Both the position numbers and the translations under genes were made by a program. Shown here one piece after another: positions 1 through 9,500 of a DNA stretch of 20,000 bases. The stretch lies in IMG/VR virus record IMGVR_UViG_3300046007_006189; one strand, 5' to 3'. Position 1 is the first letter of the stretch, and each line of letters begins with the position of its first letter. This DNA is from an uncultured virus (IMG/VR IMGVR_UViG_3300046007_006189) (Duplodnaviria > Heunggongvirae > Uroviricota > Caudoviricetes). Under the pieces are notes generated by a model. It saw nothing but the letters and a program-made list of their open reading frames with translations, was not told the DNA's origin and made no database searches.

Positions 1-3000
1 AAATCCGGTAACAGTTGTATTTAAACTAGTCGATGAATTTATTGTTGGTGTAGATCCAGCACCACTAACATAACTCCATTCTGTTGTTACTGATCCTCCA
101 TCTGGATCAGCAACACTTGCACCACTTCCAATTGTTATAGATTGTGATGATCCTCTATAAGTATCAGTAACATTATTAAGACTATTAATCGTGGGGGATG
201 AACTATTTACTACAACATTTGTTGTTTGTGATGTTGTATTTGTGCCATCAGAAACATCTACTTTAAACGTATATGTTCTACTTGATGGTGTGGTGGAGGA
301 AGAAAAAGGCACAGTCATTCCAGAAACTGTTGCTGTGTTTGCACTAGTACCAGAACCGGGTACTATTGTTGCTAATGGCGTGGCCGGAGAAGTTTGACTA
401 AAACTATAAGTTAATGGTTGAGAATTAGGATCGGTTGCACTTACAGTTAATGATGTACCAGCAGAACCGTCTGATATAGTTACTGATGTTGGGGTTGCAG
501 TAAAACTATTAATACTTGGTGCGGGATTTGCGTTTACTGTTATTTGTCTTGTAACAGCAGTAGATTGTCTTCCATTATTGTCGGTTACTATTAGTTGTAC
601 TGTATAACTTCCTGCTAAATCTACAGTTAATGTTGGATTAGAAACACTAGTACTATTCAATGATGCATTACTTCCGTTTGGTTTTGCTGTTATTGACCAA
701 GCGTATGTAGAGATAAATCCATCGGAATCGGATGCAGAAGAAGCCAATGAAACTGTGTTTACGGGTAAAGTTATAGAAGTTCCGTTAATTACAGGTGAAG
801 TAATTGTTGCGGTTGGTGCTGCATTTCTTTTTATGGTATAAGATCTTGAGGCTCCAGTTGAATTTGGATCCCTTACTACTAAAGTAAATCCATATGTTCC
901 ACCTATTTGCGGATCTGTAAAAAATATATTAGTTTTTCCATCACTTGATGATGGAGTTATTATGTTTGGAGTTCCTGCCCCTGCGGGTCTTATTGCAGTA
1001 CTTGCAATCCAACTAAAGGTGAAAGGCCCTGCGGGGTCGTTTACATCGTTTGCTGTTATATTAAATAAACTTGTATTAAATGATGTCGAAACTCCATCAA
1101 AATTTTGAACTAATGTTCTAGTCGTTTCTGTTATAGATGGAGAAGAATTTGCAAATGCTAAGTTTTTTCCTGAAGATATTACAGTCTGACCTTCATCATC
1201 TGTTATTCTAAAAGAAAAAGTATATCCGCTAGCTGTTCCACTAGGAATTAATCTTGGTCCTAAAGTACAAGTTGAACTATATGTTGTTCCTGCGCCGCTT
1301 GTAGATGATATGGTTGGATTTGTAAATGATATATTTCCAGTATAAGTAGAAGGGAATGCATCACATGTAAATGTAGGTGAAGTTAATGAACCTCCATCTG
1401 GATCATTTGCAAAACCAGTAATACCAAAACTATAAGGATTATTAAAATTTACATTATTAATTAGAATTGAAGGTAAAAATACTTGCGCCGTTGGGGCTTG
1501 ATTATTTACTACAACATTTACTGAATTGGAAGTTACAGTTTGATAGTCATCAGATGCCTTTGCAACAAAAGAATATGTTCTTGGAGTCCCATTTGTATTT
1601 GGTATTAATCCAGATATTATTCTTGTCCATGTTGTTGGACCATTTAAAACTGGTGTTACTGTATATTCACTATAACCATTGGTTTCCTCAATATTCAAAG
1701 AAGTAACATCGGAAGATGTTGTTGCAGTTAATGTAACACTATTACTGGGTAGAGTTATATCGCTTGTAGAAGTAATAAGATTTACTGTCGGCGGAGCATC
1801 AGATATTAATTGAATTTGAACTGTGTCTTCCGAAGAAGTATTTCCATTATTATCAGTTATTGTTAAACCAAATACATACACTCCAAAAGTAGAAATATTG
1901 ACTACTGTATTTTGAGAAATTGGAGGAACTAAAGATGCAGCATTTCCGGGATTTGTAATTATTCTCCAAGAATATGCAGAAATAGAACCACCAGATTGAT
2001 CTGTTCCTGAACCAGTTAAATTAAATTGTTTTGGCCAAGAAGTATTTGCTGCATATGTGTATGATTGATCGTTTCCTGCATTTGCAATTGGATTTGGATC
2101 AGTCACATTTAATGTTAATGTACTGGTTGATGTTGAACCAGAGGCATCTGTTACTGAAACGGTAGCAACATGTGTTCCGCCTTTGTTCAATCCAGAAAGA
2201 ATAGTTGTTCCGCTTGTAGAATTGTTTGGTGTAAATGTATATGTTGTACTCGGCCCGCTCAAACTCCAATTATATGTAAATGTGGATTGATCTGGATCAG
2301 TCGCAACTGCTGTTATTGATTGTGATGTTATTGGTAATGTTAATGATGTTGGATTAGCCGGGGATGTTATTTGAACTGTTGGACCAGTATTGACAACAAA
2401 AAATGTATATGTGCTGTCAGTGAATGCAGTACAAGTATCAGTTGCTCTGACTTTAAAAGAAAATCCATTTGTTACACTTACAAAGTCAGCAGCAGTTTTA
2501 GTTGGATCTTTATTTAAGAAAATACTAAAAGTATTATTTGCTGAATTGAAAGAATTAACACCACGGGTAAAATATCCCGTTGGTTGTAAAGACCCAAGAA
2601 CAAATGCAATATTTGATATGCCATTAGAATCTGCTGCACTGAAATCAAATGGTCCTATAGTCGCAGGAAGTGGATTTGAAAAATTTATAGAAGTCGGATT
2701 TGTTATTACTGGTGGATTATTAATTTCTTGTGTTACACTAATGAAAACATCTTTTGTTACACTTTGAGAAATAGTAGAATCTGAAGTGTTTGCAAAACCC
2801 TGTTCAGTCACTGATACTTTAAATACATAAGTACCAGCACCAGTAATGTTAAAAATTGAAGTTATTGTATTATTTTGTGTACTAGTAGAGACAAATTGAG
2901 CATTTATTCCTGCTGTTGATTGGATAGCATCAAATTGTATTTGTGTGATTAATTGATTTACTGGCGTTAAATCGTCAGTTACATTTGCTACAATTGCAAT

Positions 3001-4955
3001 ATTTTTTCCAGTAATTAGTTCAGAACAACTAGCAGATATGGAAGTTTGTGTCTGGGTAGTGTCAATTACTGGTAATTCATTTCTAACAATTTGAAAAGTT
3101 TTAGTTAAAACTGTACTTTGTTGTCCTTCGTTGTCTATTGAATAATGGGAAAGATTAAATGTTCCTGTTCTTGCAAATGTCAAAGTAGGAGTAGAAGAAT
3201 TAGCATTTGTAATAACAACACCACCAGCAGGAGAACATGTTGTATTATACGAAACAATAGACCCGCCATCTGGGTCTGTTGCGTTTAAATTACAATTTAG
3301 TATAAAATTAGATCTTAAATTTGTTGTTAGAGTACCATCAGAAAGGACTTCAGTAAATCGATATATTGGTGCGTCAATTGTAGGAGAATAGGTTGCAGAT
3401 ATTGTTGGTATTTGTGATACAACAGTTATTTTTGTACTCTTTGTTGTTTCGTTACCAAGAGAATCTTTGACATATAATGTTGCATAGTATATTTTATCTG
3501 TCAATCCACCCGGTCTACCACCCGCCACGTTATATGATGAAGTAGATGACAATAATGAAGCATATGGAATCTCTGTGTCTATAATACCATCTACTGTGTC
3601 TTTAGTGAGAACCCATTTAAATTCAAGTGCATCGTTTTCTGGATCCGATATTCCACTTGCAAAAACTGTAAAACTTGTATCTGGATTTACATTAAAATCC
3701 GAACTTATTGTTGTGATTATTGGCGCACCACTACGATTTATTATAATCGAAATGGTTGCCTGCGCTGTTGCTCCAGATGGATCCGTGACCGTGCATCTAA
3801 ATTGATATGTACCTGTATTTCTCAGATTTACTGTTATAGATGAAGTAGTTGGATCGGTTATTGAGTTTACTGTACCCGAAATAACAGCCCAATTATATGT
3901 TAAAGTTTCATCATCGATTGCGGTTATACTAAGAGTTCTTGTAATATTTACTGCTTCTGTTGCATTTACAGTAATTGTTTCATCTGGTGTTTGTGATGTA
4001 ATTACTGGATTATTATTTGTTACTATGAATGATACTTCTTTTGTAACTGTATTGAATGCATCAAAAGGATCTTGTTGTAAAGTAAATCTTGCTTTATAAG
4101 TACCAACCATAGTAGATGGTATTATTTTTTGAATATTTGCAACACCAGATAGTGGTGGAAGATTTTCATATTCCGTAGAGGTTATAGAAGAATCAGGATA
4201 AATCGTATCCCACTTATATTTTAAATTTCCTTGATTTGCATCTATTTGTGCCTTTGCTGTAAATGAAGTTCCAACATTTCCAGATGCGGGTGTTACTGTT
4301 AATGTGAATGTTGGTAATAAATCTCTTGTAAAGGCCAGAACAGTATTTCTTGTTGAAGTCTGACCTTCATCATCAGTTACTGTGCATTTTACTGTAATAA
4401 AGAAAGAATTTACTTCATCCGAGGGAGCATCTACAGAAAGTTTAACAGAAGATTCTGTAATTGGTGTTATGGTTGTTTGAGAGTTTCCTGTATTTGTTAA
4501 TACTTCAAATTGATATGTTACATCTCCACCATCTGGATCATATGCTTGGGCAGCAATTGTTCTTTCAATTGTGGTTGGTAGAGATTGTAGCGTTATTACA
4601 TCTGGAAATTCTGTTAAGGATTCAATAACCGGATTTTGTGTTTGTATGTTCAAAGATACTGATTTTGTTGTTACATTATTTCCAGTATCTTTGAGTGACA
4701 CTATTATTTCATAACTTGTAGTTTCTGTACCAAATTGTTGCAATGCTTGTGTTGTATATGATGTAAGTTGTAAATTTGGTAAAGAAACAAATTCAGTTCT
4801 ATAAACTTCTGTAGTAGATGGTTGTAATCTATTTACTATGACTCTATATGTAAGTGCATTATTTTCTGGATCAGATGCATTTAGAATATTAATCGTTGCA
4901 GTTTCATTCGGCAACACAGTTGGTGTCGTTAATACTAAATCAAAAACCGGAGGAT
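1..4955 (-). repeat. Tandem array of about 16 divergent PKD/Ig-like domains (~95-120 aa each) inside the giant CDS
   Basis: Recurrent pattern N-x-x-P...(A/S)xDP(D/E)G..(L/I/V)(T/S)Y.W...G.Y.(F/V)...V(T/S)D..G. The Asp motifs lie near 105, 430, 725, 1035, 1400, 1710, 1998, 2292, 2628, 2972, 3272, 3642, 3915, 4235, 4533 and 4868 (spacing ~290-370 nt). One unit has the classic PIANAGNDQ start (~2070-2095) and others have ITLP-type motifs. Confidence 0.82.
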
Positions 4956-6525
4956 TGTTTACTGGGGGTGTGTCTGTGCCACCAACACATCTGCAATTTA
5001 CATTCTCGCATCGCTCTTCTTCACCCATAAAAATGCCATCATATTCGGCACTTTTGCATTCTGCTGGAGTCAAATCATCAAAGCAAAGAAGATCTTTAGC
5101 AGCACATGCACAGCAAGCACCTCTTCCTATATTCTTCTCGCAGCAATTTGTAGTAGAACAATCTCCGCCTGTAAATGATCTACCGCCCAAAATCAACTCA
5201 CATTGTATTCTGGAAAGTTGATCACCTATACAGTTTCCATCTTTACAGCATGACAATTTTTCAGTTTCACATGGGTCAAAGCACAAACGACCTTCTGTTA
5301 TAACGCTTTCATAATTTTTTCCACTAGAATTGTTTGGATAGGTTCCACAAGCAATGCCAGAATAGAAATTTCCACCAAAGAAAGAACATTCTTCTACACT
5401 TACATTTTCTATGCATTGTCCGTTTGAACAACAAAGACCCAATTCAGTACCACATGATTCTACACAAGAAACAAGAGGAGAGAATCTACCACCCAATAAA
5501 TCACATTGATCTTTTGTAGAATAATCTAAACAATTTAATGTATTTTCTGGATATTTGGTATAGCAGCAAGAACCAGTTGAAAGTGCAGGAACGCAAGATT
5601 CTATATTGGCAAAGGTATCCCTATTTGTATAGGTTAAATCTATTCCTCTTTGAGAAACTACTGCATACCAGTTGTTTCCTGCGTCAAAAGAAAATAGATT
5701 GACTATGCTTTTACCACAAGTAAAGTAGTTTTCATTCTCTTCAAAATAAACATTTTCTGGGAACTTCCAGATATCATCAGAAGTAAATAGAACGGTTGCA
5801 GTTATAATTTCATTTTGTTTAAATGAACCAGTAAATCCTGCAATGCCAATTGGTGTTTGTAGAACGTAAAAACCACCATTCTCTAGATCAATATAAATTC
5901 CACCAGTTGTTCCTATGGTAAAATTTTCTAGTTCTCCATTGACACCAACATATTGATTTTTCTTAACCGGCCCTACTCTTTTTGTATAAGCAGAATCGTT
6001 CAAAAAGAATTGGTTCTGGAAGTTCATATTTCCAGTACCGTCTAGTTTGACCCGCGTACTTGATGCCAGATTAGATCCCTTTAGATACATTAAAGTATCT
6101 GCGGACAATCCGAGCGAGTACAAATTTCCCACCGTAGATGTGTAAGTCGTATCAATTAATAAATTGTTATTCGTTGTAGTGACAACAAGAGAACCAACAC
6201 CACTGATACCTTTGATATTTAATTGACCTTCAGAAGAAGATCCGACTATAGAAATACCCTCACCTACAGATTCTGGTATTTCAGTATTACCATATCCGGT
6301 CGTTCCGCGAAATGTTCCTTTTATTTCAGAAGTCACTCCGTCAGAAAATGTTAATACTACTCCGGTGGTTATTCCTTGAATAGAAATTACATATTTACCA
6401 TATGTACCTGTTGCTCCAGTAGCACCTGTTGTGCCAGTAGCACCAGTAGCACCAGTTCGTCCTATAGGACCAGTGGGGCCATCCGGGCCTAGCATTTTGA
6501 TTGATGAAATTGAGCTACTATACAT
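1..6525 (-). CDS. Giant putative virion fibre/adhesin, >2175 aa, 3' end outside the window: collagen-like N-terminus, beta-sandwich fibre domain, 4 GxCC Cys repeats, >=16 PKD/Ig-like repeats
   Basis: Not in the ORF track. ATG at 6525-6523 gives MYSSSISSIKMLGPDGPTGPIGRTGATGATGTTGATGATGTYGKYVIS..., paralogous to 6543..10070. The same frame is still coding-like at 541-840 (NAAPTATITSP...ITLPVNTVSLASSASDSDGFISTYAWSITAKPNGSNASLNSTSVSNPTLTVDLAGSYTVQLIVTDNNG) and at 1-120 (ASVADPDGGSVTTEWSYVSGAGSTPTINSSTSLNTTVTGF). The track lists no closed minus-strand ORF here, consistent with no in-window stop. Confidence 0.92.
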   Translation of the reverse strand, partial: MYSSSISSIKMLGPDGPTGPIGRTGATGATGTTGATGATGTYGKYVISIQGITTGVVLTFSDGVTSEIKGTFRGTTGYGNTEIPESVGEGISIVGSSSEGQLNIKGISGVGSLVVTTTNNNLLIDTTYTSTVGNLYSLGLSADTLMYLKGSNLASSTRVKLDGTGNMNFQNQFFLNDSAYTKRVGPVKKNQYVGVNGELENFTIGTTGGIYIDLENGGFYVLQTPIGIAGFTGSFKQNEIITATVLFTSDDIWKFPENVYFEENENYFTCGKSIVNLFSFDAGNNWYAVVSQRGIDLTYTNRDTFANIESCVPALSTGSCCYTKYPENTLNCLDYSTKDQCDLLGGRFSPLVSCVESCGTELGLCCSNGQCIENVSVEECSFFGGNFYSGIACGTYPNNSSGKNYESVITEGRLCFDPCETEKLSCCKDGNCIGDQLSRIQCELILGGRSFTGGDCSTTNCCEKNIGRGACCACAAKDLLCFDDLTPAECKSAEYDGIFMGEEERCENVNCRCVGGTDTPPVNNPPVFDLVLTTPTVLPNETATINILNASDPENNALTYRVIVNRLQPSTTEVYRTEFVSLPNLQLTSYTTQALQQFGTETTSYEIIVSLKDTGNNVTTKSVSLNIQTQNPVIESLTEFPDVITLQSLPTTIERTIAAQAYDPDGGDVTYQFEVLTNTGNSQTTITPITESSVKLSVDAPSDEVNSFFITVKCTVTDDEGQTSTRNTVLAFTRDLLPTFTLTVTPASGNVGTSFTAKAQIDANQGNLKYKWDTIYPDSSITSTEYENLPPLSGVANIQKIIPSTMVGTYKARFTLQQDPFDAFNTVTKEVSFIVTNNNPVITSQTPDETITVNATEAVNITRTLSITAIDDETLTYNWAVISGTVNSITDPTTSSITVNLRNTGTYQFRCTVTDPSGATAQATISIIINRSGAPIITTISSDFNVNPDTSFTVFASGISDPENDALEFKWVLTKDTVDGIIDTEIPYASLLSSTSSYNVAGGRPGGLTDKIYYATLYVKDSLGNETTKSTKITVVSQIPTISATYSPTIDAPIYRFTEVLSDGTLTTNLRSNFILNCNLNATDPDGGSIVSYNTTCSPAGGVVITNANSSTPTLTFARTGTFNLSHYSIDNEGQQSTVLTKTFQIVRNELPVIDTTQTQTSISASCSELITGKNIAIVANVTDDLTPVNQLITQIQFDAIQSTAGINAQFVSTSTQNNTITSIFNITGAGTYVFKVSVTEQGFANTSDSTISQSVTKDVFISVTQEINNPPVITNPTSINFSNPLPATIGPFDFSAADSNGISNIAFVLGSLQPTGYFTRGVNSFNSANNTFSIFLNKDPTKTAADFVSVTNGFSFKVRATDTCTAFTDSTYTFFVVNTGPTVQITSPANPTSLTLPITSQSITAVATDPDQSTFTYNWSLSGPSTTYTFTPNNSTSGTTILSGLNKGGTHVATVSVTDASGSTSTSTLTLNVTDPNPIANAGNDQSYTYAANTSWPKQFNLTGSGTDQSGGSISAYSWRIITNPGNAASLVPPISQNTVVNISTFGVYVFGLTITDNNGNTSSEDTVQIQLISDAPPTVNLITSTSDITLPSNSVTLTATTSSDVTSLNIEETNGYSEYTVTPVLNGPTTWTRIISGLIPNTNGTPRTYSFVAKASDDYQTVTSNSVNVVVNNQAPTAQVFLPSILINNVNFNNPYSFGITGFANDPDGGSLTSPTFTCDAFPSTYTGNISFTNPTISSTSGAGTTYSSTCTLGPRLIPSGTASGYTFSFRITDDEGQTVISSGKNLAFANSSPSITETTRTLVQNFDGVSTSFNTSLFNITANDVNDPAGPFTFSWIASTAIRPAGAGTPNIITPSSSDGKTNIFFTDPQIGGTYGFTLVVRDPNSTGASRSYTIKRNAAPTATITSPVINGTSITLPVNTVSLASSASDSDGFISTYAWSITAKPNGSNASLNSTSVSNPTLTVDLAGSYTVQLIVTDNNGRQSTAVTRQITVNANPAPSINSFTATPTSVTISDGSAGTSLTVSATDPNSQPLTYSFSQTSPATPLATIVPGSGTSANTATVSGMTVPFSSSTTPSSRTYTFKVDVSDGTNTTSQTTNVVVNSSSPTINSLNNVTDTYRGSSQSITIGSGASVADPDGGSVTTEWSYVSGAGSTPTINSSTSLNTTVTGF
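4993..6525 (-). repeat. Copy B of the duplicated 511-codon N-terminal module (copy A at 8538..10070)
   Basis: Translations align throughout, e.g. LYSLGLSADTLMYLKGSNLASSTRVKLDGTGNMNFQNQFFLNDSAY is identical in both. The offset is 3545 nt at both the ATG and the last shared Cys. Confidence 0.93.
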
Positions 6526-6534
6526 GGTATAAAG

Positions 6535-6542
6535 TATCTATA
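6535..6542 (-). promoter_or_regulatory. Possible T4-like late promoter variant TATAGATA
   Basis: Minus strand reads TGA-TATAGATA-CTTTATACC-ATG, one mismatch to the T4 gp55 late consensus TATAAATA. It sits in the 17-nt intergenic gap with no obvious Shine-Dalgarno. Confidence 0.4.
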
Positions 6543-9500
6543 TCAGCAAAGTTCATATGATGACATATCTGTTTCTGTAACTATAGGAACACAATCATAA
6601 GTTTCATCGATATTATATATTTTTACAAATGTTATTGGTGTATTAATTGTAGTAAATGGTGAAGATGTTGTTGGTGGTACTGGGGAACCAAAGTCTCCAT
6701 TGCAAGATATTGTCATTCTTCCGGGCATTTTAATCGTAGGAACACCTTTGCCTGGAGAATTTGGATTATAAGGGCCACTTCCTGATGTGCCTGGGAACCA
6801 ATCAGGATAAGTTGCTTCCTTTGTCCAACCGCCTGGCGCACATTTTGGGCATCCAGTTACATGCCATACTGGCGGTGATTCTTGTGGACTATCTGAAGTA
6901 CCCGGATTTGGAAATGTTTTCGGTGTTTGAATTTCATCGTCATTGCCTCCGGGTACAGTTTTATCCCAATCTTTTATATACTGATTATAACATGGATCTT
7001 TCATAAACATACAAACAGTATCGCCCTGACAGAACATTCCACAAATACCATTTGCAAGACAATATCCTGTATTGTTTTCTTGTGCGGGTTTATCATCGGC
7101 GTTTATGACTCCACCATTATCTGGATTACCACAGCATTTACCATAATCAATATTTCCATTGCCACTTCCTTGGCCCTTTCCGCCACCTTCTCCGTTTTTA
7201 TTTCCACCCTTACATCGGGGTTGTCCATTTGGGGCCACTTCCCAGTCTGTACCATCCCCTCCTCCACCTGGTCCTTTATCTCCAGATGGTCCAAGATTTT
7301 TTTGTGATGGATCATTTAAACCTTTGCATGGGGGGTCTTTATATAGCGCACACGGAAAAGGAGTACAGTTAGCTCCAACCTTTTTTGGGCAATAGCATTC
7401 AAATTTTACATTACTATTTTTGCCTTTAAATATATCAACAAAACTATCTGGTAGGTTTTCTGCATATTTGCACGGATCGGAACCAAAATTAAATGGACAG
7501 CTTAAATTAGTATTAGCATTATTCAATATCTGTGAACAATCTTCACCAGGCACGGCACCGCTAAATGGACAACCTCCGTGGCCAGGACATAATGCGTCTT
7601 TTTCTTCATTCGTTCCAGATGTCATTGTTTTCTTAGCTTTACAGCAAACAAAGAATTTCATCATCTCTTCGTAGCAATCCATGCGACAAAGAACCTTACT
7701 GAAATCTGGACAGCCAGCATCAACTCCACAATTTGGCATTATAGCAAACTGTGCGCCTTCCTCTTCACCTGCTGGAGTACCAGATGATGGTCCTCCAGCC
7801 GGTGGAGCTTGTTTTTTCCAGAAAGGAATATGTGAATCGTCCCCATTTTTACATGGTGAAACATATTTACCGTCTTTGAAGTGGTACGGATTCTTATGGC
7901 GATAGCAGCATCTGTTTGTGTAATTATCTGGATTTCCAAGATCGCCAGCTGGATTGGGCGAGCCGTCTGGATTTTTTAAAGGTCCAGTAGCACCACCATC
8001 TAATGGTTCATCTTTAATAATTTCTTTGCCCCAACCAGTATAGTTGCAACTTGGACATATATTTTTGGGTGGTCCCGTTTCGCCCGGGCCTGCACCTCCG
8101 CCTGATCCTGTACCCTGCCCACCACCTGTCTGTGTGCCGCCGTCTTCTCCTCCAGTATCTGTGCCACCACCATCATCCGGACCTGAGGGATTACTGGGAT
8201 CTCCATCTCCGTTGTCTGTTCCTCCAGTTTCTCCACTTTCTCCACCTGTGCCGCCAGTTTCACCTTCACATGTGGTTGATCCGCATATTACGCCATCTCC
8301 TTTATATACACCACCGGCACTAGAACATTCTGCATATGTTTTTGTACTACAAGTAGTTCCAATACAACATGCACCTTTTCGTTGTTCACATTCTGTATCG
8401 CTACAAACATCTCCTGCTTGACCCGGAATTCCACCTAGTGATATGCACTGAGAACGAGGAACATCAACGCAACTTCCATCGGTCTTACAGCAGGGAACAT
8501 TTGGATCTTCTGGTGGGATATTAGCACAAGAACAATCACAATTTAAATTCTCACACCGCTCACCTTCACCCATGAATATTCCGGTGTATGCAGAATTTAT
8601 AGACTTTGCATATTTTGTGCATTGAGATTTTGTTAAGTCATCTTTGCATTCAACTGACTTTCCTGCGCTGTTATTACATACACAGCAAGCACCCGTACCT
8701 ATATTATTTTCACAACAATTTATAGTGGAACAATCTCCACCAGTAAAAGATTTACCACCAAGTATTAATTCACATTGTATTCTTGAGAGATCATCGCCTA
8801 TGCAATTTCCATCTTTACAGCAGGCCAATTTTTCAGTTTCACAAGCATCAAAGCATAGTCTTCCTGCTTCTATCGGATAACCATAATTAGGGCCTGCTGG
8901 ATTATTTGGATAAAACGAACAATTTATAGTTGAATAGAATCTACCACCAAAGAATGTACATTCTTCGACATCTACGTCAGCCAAGCACTGACCGTTTGAA
9001 CAGCAAATACCGCCTTGAGCACAAGTCTGACTGCATGAAGAAAGTGCGGTAAATTCACCACTCAACAATTGACATTCATCTTTTGTTACATACTCAACAC
9101 AGTTCTTCGTGTTTTCTGGGTATTTTGTATAGCAGCAAGATCCTTTACCAAAGGAAGACTTACATGCATTCAGGAATTCTACATCCAACCCACGCTGAGA
9201 AACGGTAGCATACCAATTGTTTCCTGCATCAAATGTGAATATATTGACTATGCTTTTGCCACATGTAAAGTAGTTTTCGTTTTCACTGAAGTATACATTT
9301 TCAGGGAACTTCCATATCTCATCTGATTCTATTATTAATGTTGCATTTAGAATTTCATTTCGTCTGAATGAACCAGTAAATCCTGCAATACCGATTGGTG
9401 TCTTTACCAGATATAGACCGCCATTCTCTAAATCAATATAGATTCCCCCCGTGGTTCCTATAGTAAAGTTTTCTAAGGCTCCGGTGATGCCGACATATTG

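Noticed and set aside
191..5519. Plus-strand ORFs 191..397, 1467..1706, 2390..2767, 3575..3805, 4838..5221, 5334..5519
   Set aside because: They lie antisense to the giant minus-strand CDS, are short, mostly use GTG/TTG starts and show no recognisable motifs: shadow ORFs.
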